From Candidatus Latescibacterota bacterium (GTDB taxonomy: Bacteria > Latescibacterota > UBA2968 > GCA-2709665), in assembly GCA_965116875.1 (NCBI GenBank), contig OZ220733.1, positions 4,544,001 to 4,608,000 on the forward strand: DNA of 64,000 nt, in the 5' to 3' direction. Position 1 is the first letter of the stretch, and every line of letters begins with the position of its first letter. A model generated the notes under the pieces. It did not search any database and was not told the origin of the DNA. It saw nothing but the letters and a program-made list of their open reading frames with translations. Shown one piece after another: positions 21,350 through 31,173 of the stretch. Both the position numbers and the translations under genes were made by a program.

Positions 21350-24226
21350 TTACAGGTAATGCGAAAGGCGCGCGTACAGGTATCTGCCCATGAAATCGTA
21401 GGAGCTGGCGTCCGATGTGCCGAGAAAGCCGTTGAAGATCACCGCCGGCAGCTGATTGAAGACGTTGTTGATTCCAACGGTCAACACGGACGCCCCCGCG
21501 CGAGTACCCAGCCTGTAAGATCCATACAGGCCGATCGTGCTGTTCGAGCTGACCTTGCGGCTCACGGGCGTTACCGATACGTCGTCGCGGTACAGGCCCT
21601 TGCAATCGTCGTCTTCGCATTCCAGGAAACCGCCGACGTACTTCAGGTTCAGACCGAAAGAGATTCGCGGTTGACTCAGCCCCGCCGTAAGCGAATGCCG
21701 CCATCTCGGAAAGACGCCCAGATCGTAGTAACCCCTTCCCTTCACCAGTTCCAGGCCGCCCGGGGCCGGCACAAGTTGCTCATAATTGAACAGCAGATTG
21801 CTTTCCGTGCGGGTCGTCAGAAATCCCAGCGGCGTGTCGATCTTGTAGTCCAGTTCGATGTCCAGTCCGCTGGTCTCGGTTTCACCCACGTTGGCGCCCT
21901 GCGAAAAGATGGTCGTAATCAGCTTCGTGTTCGGGTCCCGTACGATCTGATCGCAGAAGGACGGGGTTTCCTGTGAATAGCAGTTGCTCAGAATGAGACC
22001 CGCCGGCAACGCCCCGATCACGTCCTCTATTTTATTGGTGTAGTAGCTGATGGCAATATCCAGGTTTTCGGCGTATTCAGGCTGGTAAACCAGACCGGCC
22101 GTAATCATGGCGGCGGTTTCCGGATCCAGGTCGGTAGAGCCGCCGACCTTGGCGCGCAGTTGTGCGCGGGAGTCCTCGAAGTCGGCCGGGACGCCGGCGG
22201 CCGCACAGTTCCTCCGTTGTTCGGCCGTCAGTGTCCGGGTACTGCCCGCTTCGTCGACAACGCTGCAGGGATCGCTTACGAGCGGGAAGGCGTCGCTCTG
22301 GCCGAGGAACATCTCGGAGATGCCCGGGGCGCGGAAGGCGTTGGATATTGTGGCCCGGAGGGTCAACCCGCGGGGAAGCTCGCAGCGGGCGCCCGCCTCG
22401 TACGTGAAGCCGCTCCCGAAGGTGTCGTAATCGAATGCCCTGCCGGCTGCCGTCAGGTCCAGCCCCACGGCGTCTGCTCTGAGAACCGGCGCGGAGGCCT
22501 CGCCATAGAGCGCCCTCACGGAATACGCGCCTTCGGTCGCTTCCTGCTTGCTGCCGGTCGTATTTCCCGATCTCGTTACCGGATCGGGAAGATAGGCGCC
22601 TGCCTCCCAGCGGGAAGACACGCCCGCTGCCACGCCCAGAGGCCCGGCCGGCAGTTCGGCGAGCTGTCCGGTCACGTTCAATTGAAGGATCTTCTGCTTG
22701 GAATGGCCCGTGGCGATACCCGTATACTGGATATAGTCCAGCATGTCCCGGGTGATGGTGCCGGCGCCGTGCAGCAGATCCAGCGGCACGCAGTCGCCGA
22801 TGGCGGCGCATTCCTCGGCCGGCCCCAGGGCGTGCGCGAGATGGCTTCGGACAAATCGACCTTCGTTGATATTCGTACCCTCACTGCGTCCGTACGTGAA
22901 CGATAGATCCGTGTCGAAGCCCGATATCGGATACTCCAGGCCCAGCACGATTCGATACGTGTTGATGTCCTGAAGAAAATTGCGGTTACCCGCTTCCACA
23001 AACCGGCGCCGGACGTCGTAAAACTCACGGCCGAATTCGTTGTATCTATTCGTTGACGATACGGAGAGTCCCTCACTGATGATGAAAAGGGGGGTCGGGG
23101 CGAGCTTTTGATCGGACTGCCGGTTGGTGTATGAGACCTCGAAGAAGCCATTCGCCCCGGGCGCGAACGCATACGATCCGCTGAGAAAGGTCGAATACCG
23201 GGTCTGCGGCGTGTAGAGGTAATTCTCCGGCTGGTAATTGTACAGGTCGCCGCTGCCGTCGGACGAATTGCCCGCCCAGTTGAACGGACGCCAGCCGGCG
23301 TTGGGGTCGCGGTGGTAGTCGCCGGCGTTTTCGCCGGCCGCCGAAACCACGGCCTGCCACACCTCGTTGCCTGGGTCCTCCGTCCGGTCGATGATGTGCC
23401 CCTCCGGGGTGGCCGAGCTGCCGCTGGTGGCGTAGGTGCCGTCGTTCTTTTCCCAGTCGTACGTCTTGTCTTCCGCACTGAAGGACCGGTCGCCGGTCCA
23501 TACGGGTTCCTGGCTGTGGTAGCCTGCGGAAAACAGGACGCTGCCTTTCTCGCTTTTCAGACCGGCGGTCACGCTGATATCCAGCGTCTCGCCGTCGCCC
23601 GCGCCCGCGACACCCCGATAGATTTCGAACTCGAGTCCCTCGGTCTCTGCCCTCGTGATGACATTGACAACGCCCCCCACCGCGTCGGAGCCGTACACGG
23701 CCGACGCGCCGTCCTTGAGCACTTCCACGCGCTCAACGGCGGAAGCGGGAATGGCGTTGAGATCGACAGACGAATTGGCGCCCGTGCCTCCGGGCACGAA
23801 GCGGCGTCCGTTGAGCAGGACCAGCGTCCGATGAGCGCCCAGCCCCCGGAGGCTGATACGGGTAGAGCCGTCTCCGCCGTTGTTGGCCTGGGTGTTGATG
23901 GCATTGGATTGAACTGTCAGGGTCTGCAGGACGTCTCCTATGGACGCCAGGCCGCGCACCTTGATTTCATCCCTCGACATGACAATCACCGGTGCGGGGG
24001 TTAGCAGATCCTCGCTCTTGATTCGCGAACCCGTGACGGTAATGGCATCCATTTCATAGACGATCAGCTCTTCTTCCACAGTGTCTTCCGCTTCGCTGGC
24101 GTCCTCGCCACCGTCCACGTCTTCGGCGGTCGCTGGAAATGCCCAGGCCCCGCCTATTAGAAGGATCGCCAGCACGAAACGCGGGAAATTGAGCCGGATC
24201 TGCATAACGGGATTCTCCTGTTTCAA
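21350..24226 (-). CDS. TonB-dependent outer membrane receptor
   Basis: Signal peptide, ITVTGSRI TonB box, plug motifs LRGLGAHRTLVLLNGRR and ERVEVLKDGASAVYGSDAVGGVVNVIT, C-terminal YDFMGRYLYARL. Start may be ATG 24205. Confidence 0.93.
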   Translation of the reverse strand: MKQENPVMQIRLNFPRFVLAILLIGGAWAFPATAEDVDGGEDASEAEDTVEEELIVYEMDAITVTGSRIKSEDLLTPAPVIVMSRDEIKVRGLASIGDVLQTLTVQSNAINTQANNGGDGSTRISLRGLGAHRTLVLLNGRRFVPGGTGANSSVDLNAIPASAVERVEVLKDGASAVYGSDAVGGVVNVITRAETEGLEFEIYRGVAGAGDGETLDISVTAGLKSEKGSVLFSAGYHSQEPVWTGDRSFSAEDKTYDWEKNDGTYATSGSSATPEGHIIDRTEDPGNEVWQAVVSAAGENAGDYHRDPNAGWRPFNWAGNSSDGSGDLYNYQPENYLYTPQTRYSTFLSGSYAFAPGANGFFEVSYTNRQSDQKLAPTPLFIISEGLSVSSTNRYNEFGREFYDVRRRFVEAGNRNFLQDINTYRIVLGLEYPISGFDTDLSFTYGRSEGTNINEGRFVRSHLAHALGPAEECAAIGDCVPLDLLHGAGTITRDMLDYIQYTGIATGHSKQKILQLNVTGQLAELPAGPLGVAAGVSSRWEAGAYLPDPVTRSGNTTGSKQEATEGAYSVRALYGEASAPVLRADAVGLDLTAAGRAFDYDTFGSGFTYEAGARCELPRGLTLRATISNAFRAPGISEMFLGQSDAFPLVSDPCSVVDEAGSTRTLTAEQRRNCAAAGVPADFEDSRAQLRAKVGGSTDLDPETAAMITAGLVYQPEYAENLDIAISYYTNKIEDVIGALPAGLILSNCYSQETPSFCDQIVRDPNTKLITTIFSQGANVGETETSGLDIELDYKIDTPLGFLTTRTESNLLFNYEQLVPAPGGLELVKGRGYYDLGVFPRWRHSLTAGLSQPRISFGLNLKYVGGFLECEDDDCKGLYRDDVSVTPVSRKVSSNSTIGLYGSYRLGTRAGASVLTVGINNVFNQLPAVIFNGFLGTSDASSYDFMGRYLYARLSHYL

Positions 24227-24810
24227 TCAGGGCGGATTGAATAAACGGATCGTGTTGCCTTCTCTTCATCCTGTGTCGACGATAATCGGACGGCCATTCT
24301 CGCTTTCGGAGATGTTGCGGGGGAGTTCAGGTTTTTTCGCGTTACAGAATGGGGGAGGTCGGCAGGGTCTCGCTTCAACGACACCGGCTGCCGGGACTTT
24401 GGGTGGTTGTCGCATTGCCGGTTTCTAATAAATATAATGGCGAAGGAAAAAGCGGCAAGGTGTGAGTACGGTATTATATCGTGCTTGACGATCGACCGGC
24501 ATGTCATTCAGAACGGAACGAAAAATCTCCTGCCTCCGCGATTGACCGGTAAGCTGTACATGCCCTTGAAGACGAAGATGTGCGTCGACCTATTGCCAAC
24601 GTTTCGCAACGCACAATGGCTTGTCGATTCATTGAGGGAGCGTGATTAAAAGTCCGGGCAAGCCGGAAACCGAAGACAACGAGCCCCGACACACGCGACA
24701 CATCGTCGGCAACATCAGGCACGCGATGGCCGGTCCGCTGGTACCGAACAAAAAAACACCGCAGGAGACGATCCTGAGGTGTATTTGCCAAATGCTCACC
24801 CTTTGTTGTT

Positions 24811-25302
24811 CTATTGGTCGCCTTCACCTGCAAGCGCCAGAACCTCCTGTCGTATCAAATCTGAAATCCACATACCCGAATCTCTGAGCCGGTCCACAAG
24901 CGGCTCAACGCGTTCTGTCAGCCCTTGAGATTTCGCTTCAAGCAGGACTTTTAAAGTTCCCCAGACGGTAAGGCCGGCGTCTAGAGCAATACGCCGCGCT
25001 AACCGTTCGTCGACAAGAACCACCCTGTCCGGATTTTCCAGTCCAAGAGACAGCGCCGCAAGCTCACCCGCTCCGAGTTCCAGCGACCGCCATTCCGAAG
25101 GTATGGAATGAGGCTCAACGACTCTCAACCAGTTATGGGCACCGGGGTCAGGAACATCATACCCTTTTTGCCGGCCATTGTGAAGTTCATTTACAACCGC
25201 GTATGGAACCCAGACCTCGCCGAACAGGCATGACAGCCTTTCCAGTGCGTCAATTTGGTACAGAAACAGCAGGGGAGACGGTTTGCTGATTGCTTCAGGT
25301 AT
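24811..25302 (-). pseudogene. DUF3368/PIN-like toxin, probably inactivated
   Basis: Frame is open from ATA 25302: IPEAISKPSPLLFLYQI...VVNEL...LGAGELAAL...VDERLARR...GTLKVLL. The expected ATG is ATA and the usual (N/D)TSP reads KPSP. Confidence 0.7.
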
Positions 25303-25546
25303 GCTGGCTCTCCAGGTCGTTTAGTTCAGCCGCCAAAGGGAAGACCTTATACCGTTCGAGGCCCAGCAGGAATTCGACCCGTGACATGCATGCAAGTTCG
25401 GCCGCCCGTCCGGACGACAGGCGACCCAGTTCATACAGCTTTACTGCCGCTAGCGTGCGCAGTTCACGGCCGAAATTCGACTCGTCGGCGTTAATTGCCC
25501 GCAACACGTTCTCCGGCACTTCGATAACAACCTGTCGCGTTGACAT
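25295..25546 (-). CDS. UPF0175 family antitoxin
   Basis: AVKLYELGRLSSGRAAELACMSRVEF signature; directly upstream of the DUF3368 gene. Confidence 0.88.
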   Translation of the reverse strand: MSTRQVVIEVPENVLRAINADESNFGRELRTLAAVKLYELGRLSSGRAAELACMSRVEFLLGLERYKVFPLAAELNDLESQHT

Positions 25547-25971
25547 CGCTCGCTCCAACCTGGCTTGAAACAACCGGGAAATGAAAGAATGCACTTCCAC
25601 CCGGGAGAAAATACCATCGACTTCTTTCAAGATAAAAAATTTCGACAGATCAGGCAACGGGTATCGGGCCTGGAGAGCCCTTGATATGGCAGCCGGCGTG
25701 GGCGCCCTGCCTGTGTCGACGGTTGACCGCCTTCCCCGGCAATACCTCCACAGCCGAACATTCTCCCGTCAGTGGGATTTGACCTTTAACGCAAGTCCGT
25801 GGACGACGAACGTGGAGGCGGACCTGCCTTCAGCAGCCCGCTGAAGTGTACGAGCGAGAGCGTTCGCTGGCGAGGTTCTCCCGGGGTGGAGGTCATCCCT
25901 GCCCTCGCAGCGCCGGCGTTGAAATCGATCATTTCCATGATGCAATTGACTCTCCGCCCTGATCCCGTATC

Positions 25972-26937
25972 TTGTTTACACAGATCCGATCCTCCTCCCC
26001 CGGGGCGTCCGGCGCGGCAGATTTCGATGCGATATCCAAGCACGTGATTCAAACCTATCCCGACGATTTTGCCTGTCTTACCCTCGGGCGGGAGGACGTG
26101 GACGTCCTCGAAGTCGTTGACACGCAGCAGCCCGCGGTCTCGGCAAGCGACAGTCTCACTCGCGTCCGCATCGATGGCCGGGAAGCGCTTGTCCACACGG
26201 AATTTCAAACGACGGACAGTACGGACCCGCCCATGCCGCAGCGTATGGTCGGCTATATCGGGCGGGCTGTCGAGCGCCATGGCTTGCCCGTCTATTCCAG
26301 CGTCATCTATCTGCGTCCCCATGCCGGGCGGCGGGATCCCGGTCAATATTCACAATCGCATCCGGTTCATCGAGTACTTGTGCGGTAAAGGGTGATCCGG
26401 TTGAGCGAGGTGGATGGCCAGGAGGTTCTCGATTCTGGACACGAGGGACTGATCGCCTATGCGCCGTTGATGAAGCCGCCCGAAGGGATGGCATCTCGCG
26501 CGTGGTTGCACCGATGTATGCACACCGCACACGTGCGGCCGATGGCCCAGTCGGAGGTGGCCGAATACCTCGCGGGTATGGCGTTGCTGAGCGGTCTGGC
26601 GTACGTGTCTGAAACCATTACTGGTTTCATTTCGAAGGAGGGCATGATGGATCTCTTACGTGAATCATCCTTTGCCCAATACCTCACCCGGCAGGGCATC
26701 GAGCAAGGAATTGAACAAGGGATTGAGCAGGGGATTGAGCGAGGCATCGAGCAGGGGCTCCGGAGAAGTATCCTCGCCGTACTGGACGTCCGATTCGACC
26801 TCCCTGCCTCGCATCCTCTGGCTGTCCGTATCGAGAACGCCGACGACGTTCAGCGTCTCGAAAAGTTGCACCGCGGCGCGGTTCAGGCGGTCAGCCTCGA
26901 CGCGTTCGGTCAACTGTTGGATGAAGAAGAGGGATGA
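25972..26937 (+). pseudogene. Rpn-family (recombination-promoting nuclease/putative transposase) gene with in-frame stop
   Basis: DFDAISKH...ALVHTEFQT...MPQRMVGY...VIYLRP, then VLVR*RVIRL (TAA 26386-88, same frame on both sides); C-terminal (QGIE)n repeats. Start uncertain. Confidence 0.85.
26692..26757 (+). repeat. 12-bp coding tandem repeat (GIEQ)x5
   Basis: QGIEQGIEQGIEQGIERGIEQG in the Rpn C-terminus. Confidence 0.85.
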
Positions 26938-27051
26938 AATCGATTCCGTAAATGCCATTCACTGAAAACGACAGACGGGACGGTGCACTTTACAGGTGCA
27001 TTGTCCCTCTGTGGTTTTGTTGCGGGGATCTTATGGGAGACCCGAATCAGT

Positions 27052-27079
27052 GTAGGGGCGACCGGCCGGTCGCCCCTAC
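27052..27079. repeat. GTAG-type REP palindrome
   Basis: GTAGGGGCGACCGGCCGGTCGCCCCTAC, a perfect 28-bp palindrome. Confidence 0.8.
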
Positions 27080-27109
27080 TGGCGGTGGTTGCTTGGTGGT
27101 GTCTGCAGG

Positions 27110-27133
27110 GTGGGGCAGACATTCCCGTCTGCC
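27110..27133. repeat. GTGG-type REP-like hairpin
   Basis: GTGGGGCAGACATTCCCGTCTGCC; near-identical inverted copy at 39931-39954. Confidence 0.7.
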
Positions 27134-27275
27134 TGTCTCATTGTTCTTCTGAAGGAATTCAGACTCAAGTCAGGCTTTAGTCGCTCCTGAATTCTTGGCT
27201 TTGTTGACATATGTGGTTGTAGACGGGATTATCACTAAAAGGGCGATAGTTCGGCATGGTCTCTTGTAAACGCCT

Positions 27276-28297
27276 TTATCTCCTTCCGTATTTCGACCAA
27301 TGAAAGCCTTCGACGTTGCTTAGCTTCTGCTGACAATTCACCGAGTCAACACGGCGGGACTCCAGCCTCGCGCCTACACGATATGTTACGGATTCACAGG
27401 CAGTACGACGCCCATACAGCCATTCGCCTACCCTCAATCCTTGTGAATATTCGCCTGTATTTCCTTGAAATCTACGCGTTCGAGAATCTCCGTAAAACTG
27501 CCGATTCCGAGTAGTCCATTTCCCGTGCTTCTTGCCGTATTCATACCGACCCTTGAGAACCAGGAAATCATCGGACCAGACAGCGTTTGGACGACGAAGC
27601 TGCATGTTTTCGTACCAGCGAATATCCCATTCGCCATGAGGTCGGTCTTTTATGAACCGCCCCCGGTGGCCCAGCGAATCCGCGTAACTGTACGAATCTA
27701 TTGGTGGACTCCAAACTGCCGTGAGCGTACCCTTCCCATCTGCCCGGCCGTCCGGGCACTTGCCCGTCCACTGCATGTTGTGATGAACGAACATGTAGCT
27801 ATCGACCCATATTTGGCAACCCGGAGGGTTGATCAATGCCCGCCAACAATAGGAAGCTTCAGAAACACTCTTCCCAGACCTCCCATCACAAGGGTAGTGT
27901 AAAGAAAGGGACCTCTCAAGTGAATATCCGACGTGCACTTTTTCGCAGCGGTTAAGTCAAAGTCGGCAAGTACCTGTTCGGCCCTGATCAACAGCGCCAG
28001 CGCTTCGTCATAGTATTCGCCCCGGCGACCCGCTGCCAAATACTCGCTCACCGCGTCCATTGCAGTGTGCACCCTGCCCGCCGCGTAGGCAATCTTCGCG
28101 TACTTGAAATGGAAGTCCTCACGCAGGGTGATATTGTGCTCCTTTTCCATAACCTTGATTGAGTCCATGAGGCTAAGCGCAACGCCATGGTCATTTTTCT
28201 CAACCAGCTGTTCCACTTGCATGAGATATTTATCCGCAAGGACCTCGGGCGGAAGTTGCGCAAATGCGACGTTGAACAGCCCGCAGACAATTGCGAT
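27276..28297 (-). pseudogene. Secreted protein with TPR-like N-terminus and MORN-like C-terminus; frameshifted and interrupted at its 5' end by the IS1595 element
   Basis: QLPPEVLADKYL... in one frame and CWRALINPPGCQIW...WTGKCPDGRADGKGTL...GKKHGKW in another, with a shift near 27900-27950. The original N-terminus MQSPIRGFTGSETVGYF lies at 33501-33551. Confidence 0.7.
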
Positions 28298-28432
28298 GGG
28301 GACTATATACAAAAGTGGAAAAGAAAATTTGAAAAAACTGGAAAAAGTCTGATTTCCCTTTACTGCCATTTTGTCAGTAAACCTTTTTTGTTGATTTTTT
28401 AGGGCCTACCCGGACAACTGCCAAGCTGGCAG

Positions 28433-28461
28433 TTGACAAACCCGATTTTCATCATTATAAT
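28433..28461 (+). promoter_or_regulatory. Perfect consensus sigma70 promoter upstream of the transposase leader
   Basis: TTGACA-N17-TATAAT. Confidence 0.85.
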
Positions 28462-28633
28462 GGAACCGCCTCAGTAGCAGACGCTGCTAAGGCGGTCCAT
28501 CACCGGACAACCCCGGGAGGTGACCCTCTCGGGGTAAACAAAATAAGGTGGGCAGGCTCGAAATACAAGATTTTTTCTTTGTATTGTCCCGCTCCTGCTT
28601 ATTACCTTATTAGTTACAAGGAGGCGTTACACA

Positions 28634-29551
28634 ATGCCTAACGAAGTTTCGTTGTTTCAGTTGCAGGAGATGTTTCCAACGGAAGAGGCGGCCGAGGCTT
28701 GGTTTGAAAAGTTCCTTTGGCCCAGCGGGGTCTTCTGTCGGAGCTGTGCTAGCGAAGATGTACGGGTACGGAAAGACAGTTCGCCGAAGTATTACCGTTG
28801 TAATACCTGCAACAAGAAATTCACGATTCGTCCACATACGTTGCTGCATAGTTCCAAACTCCCCTTGCGCAAGTGGATTTGGGCGATTTATTTTCTTTGT
28901 CAGCCCAAAGGGATTTCTTCGATCCAGTTAGGAAAGGCGCTCGGTATTACACAAAAAAGTGCCTGGTATCTAGCGCATCGAATCCGAGAGGCTTGTAACG
29001 AGGATAAGGGAAAGTTTGACGGAACGTGTGAAGCCGATGAAACCTACGTCGGTGGCCTGAAAAAGAACATGCATTATGCCCGCAAGCTGAAGGTCGGCGA
29101 GGGTTCGGGCACACATGGTAAGTTTCCCGTCTTAGGTATCCGGGAACGGGAGTCAAAACAAGTGAAGGCACTGGTTCCGTATGGCGTGACACAGGAAGCT
29201 ATTGAAAGTCAGTTACGATACTGGATTCACTTTTCTTCACGCCTTTATACTGATGACAACAATGTTTACAATAATATGATCGCCTACTTTGATCACGAAA
29301 CCGTTGTTCATTCTAAATGGGAGTGGACAAAAGGCGAAATACATACAAACGGCATTGAATCCTTCTGGTCGCTGATCAAACGCGCCTATAAGGGAACCTA
29401 CCACTATATGAGCCTGAAACATCTTAATCGGTATGTACAGGAATTTGTATTACGAAACAACTATCGGGACGCCGGAACGTATGGCCTGATGCAAGTAATC
29501 GCCCACAACCTACAATGGAGGCAGATGCGTTACAAGGAGTTAACCAAATGA
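28634..29551 (+). CDS. IS1595-family (ISXO2-like) transposase
   Basis: Zn ribbon CRSC/CNTC, LGITQKSAWYLAHRIRE, EADETYVGG, LYTDD, HTNGIESFWSLIKR, HLNRYVQEF; AAGGAGG RBS. Confidence 0.95.
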   Translation: MPNEVSLFQLQEMFPTEEAAEAWFEKFLWPSGVFCRSCASEDVRVRKDSSPKYYRCNTCNKKFTIRPHTLLHSSKLPLRKWIWAIYFLCQPKGISSIQLGKALGITQKSAWYLAHRIREACNEDKGKFDGTCEADETYVGGLKKNMHYARKLKVGEGSGTHGKFPVLGIRERESKQVKALVPYGVTQEAIESQLRYWIHFSSRLYTDDNNVYNNMIAYFDHETVVHSKWEWTKGEIHTNGIESFWSLIKRAYKGTYHYMSLKHLNRYVQEFVLRNNYRDAGTYGLMQVIAHNLQWRQMRYKELTK

Positions 29552-29682
29552 ACGGAAAAGACAAACCGATAAAGATAAACAAAACGCCGGAGGAGGTCGC
29601 TCGCATTGTACTGCGAGTGGACAAGCCTCCGGCGAAAGAAGATAAGGCCGAGCAACAGATTCAAGAACCTGAAGAAGAATAA
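29548..29682 (+). CDS. 44-aa small ORF overlapping the transposase stop
   Basis: MNGKDKPIKINKTPEEVARIVLRVDKPPAKEDKAEQQIQEPEEE; ATGA overlap. Confidence 0.55.
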   Translation: MNGKDKPIKINKTPEEVARIVLRVDKPPAKEDKAEQQIQEPEEE

Positions 29683-29715
29683 CTGTTGCGTTGTCAAGCC
29701 CGATTCTTTATCTTC

Positions 29716-29825
29716 GCCTTGCAAGCATCACGGAGGAACCCTGTTGGACGGGTTTCTCGCTGAATACAATAGCCCCTGAGATAGGCGAATAAGCGAGGCT
29801 CACCCTCCTGTGATGCTTGCAAGGC
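29716..29825 (+). ncRNA. Candidate structured RNA closed by a ~21-bp stem
   Basis: GCCTTGCAAGCATCAC-GGAGG (29716-36) pairs with CCTCCTGTGATGCTTGCAAGGC (29804-25); inner stems AACCC/GGGTT and CTCGCT/AGCGAG; TTGCGT-N17-TATCTT at 29686-29714. Strand inferred. Confidence 0.4.
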
Positions 29826-30006
29826 CCGTCACCAATTAACGTAGTGACCGCTCTGCAAGGGCGACAGGAGGAACTGTGAACTGGCTCAGTTGGCAAGGGG
29901 GGCAGTACCGGACGGTCTGCAACTGGCGAATAACAAAAAGTAATATCGGACGTAAAGTCCTCTTATTAAGTTAGGCGTAAACCCTAATTCAATAGGAGGA
30001 TTTTTT

Positions 30007-31128
30007 ATGTCATCGCCTTGCAAGGGCGACAGGAGGGAAAGGGGTATGCTCAAAGCAGCCATTGTGGTACTGTGTTTGTTTCAAGGATCATTGCTTTTCG
30101 CTGATGGACATAAACGCATTCCGGGGGACGTGAATGGGGACGGAGTTGTCAATTTTACTGACTTTACCATTCTTTCTCAAAACTTCGGTTTAACGGGTGC
30201 CTCGTATGATCCAAATAATCCGGATACAATACATATTAAAACGACAGTCCGGGATACCGTAGTTCAAACTATAAGCATTAAAGACACCCTATATATCTGG
30301 TCGAATGTTAAAACTGATGCTGGATATATTCACCCTGCCGATCACGTTGCTGGAATAGGAATTCTTATTGACTATGAATCTAACTGGATTCATGATCCCA
30401 GTGAAATCGCCTGGATATGCGCCTTAGTCAGGGATTTTATCAACGAAAATTTGTACTCACCACTTGAATCAAGAATTACCCTTGTGTACCATCCTAGACA
30501 AACCGGACTAAGATTTGAACGAGGTAATGGCGGAAATCATCGAATTTTAATGAATCTTACCGGAAATCATGCACAGACAATCCATTATTTCGCTCACGAA
30601 TACGCCCATGTGCTTGGGCAGCACTGGACAACAAGAACCGGGTCACATACCTGGATAGAAGAGTCTATGGCTTCTGCAATGGCTGTGTGGACACTCTATT
30701 CACTTTACAATAGGTTATACGACGATTTAGAATATCGGGAGAAATGGGTAATCAGAGGTACTGACTTTGGTCGATTACTGATTAAACAAATTCCGGTTTA
30801 TTTTGAAGAAACCTTTCCAGATCGAGCGCAAAAATTCACTAACGAAGAATTTGCTGCCGGACTACGCAGATCTCTACATAAACTAGAAAATGAACCGTAT
30901 GGGGATTTTGCGAGAACATACAAATTCACCGCCGCTTATCAAATTTTACACATATTTTTCAATGAACCAAAGGCTTGGAACATCATTCGTTACATGTCTC
31001 CATACGGTCCAGTTTCTTGGGAAGCTGATCAGTCGTTTGAAGACTATATGAAAGGATGGAAACTCAGAGTTCCGACAATTTGGCACTTGCACATTAAAAC
31101 TGTGTATGACATTTTTGGAGTCGAGTAA
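30007..31128 (+). CDS. Secreted dockerin-like-domain zinc metalloprotease (gluzincin-type motif)
   Basis: Signal MLKAAIVVLCLF (alternative start 30046), GDVNGDGVVNFTDFTILSQNFG, FAHEYAHVL followed by WIEESMA. Confidence 0.75.
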   Translation: MSSPCKGDRRERGMLKAAIVVLCLFQGSLLFADGHKRIPGDVNGDGVVNFTDFTILSQNFGLTGASYDPNNPDTIHIKTTVRDTVVQTISIKDTLYIWSNVKTDAGYIHPADHVAGIGILIDYESNWIHDPSEIAWICALVRDFINENLYSPLESRITLVYHPRQTGLRFERGNGGNHRILMNLTGNHAQTIHYFAHEYAHVLGQHWTTRTGSHTWIEESMASAMAVWTLYSLYNRLYDDLEYREKWVIRGTDFGRLLIKQIPVYFEETFPDRAQKFTNEEFAAGLRRSLHKLENEPYGDFARTYKFTAAYQILHIFFNEPKAWNIIRYMSPYGPVSWEADQSFEDYMKGWKLRVPTIWHLHIKTVYDIFGVE

Positions 31129-31129
31129 C

Positions 31130-31170
31130 AAAAATAAGATCCAAAGGCTTGGAAAACCTTTGGATCTTAT
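31130..31170 (-). terminator. Intrinsic terminator with its U-tract on the minus strand
   Basis: 14-bp stem ATAAGATCCAAAGG/CCTTTGGATCTTAT; A-run on the left side only. Confidence 0.65.
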
Positions 31171-31173
31171 CCG

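Noticed and set aside
24240-24500. Cobalamin riboswitch upstream of the TonB receptor
   Set aside because: Only a GAGACCCTGCC-like fragment is present; the GGGAA and GCCACTG cores were not found.
29716-30036. Mini CRISPR array, retron msr-msd, hammerhead or c-di-GMP riboswitch
   Set aside because: Spacing is irregular, there is no RT or cas gene, and the consensus cores are incomplete. Kept only as an unclassified structured RNA.
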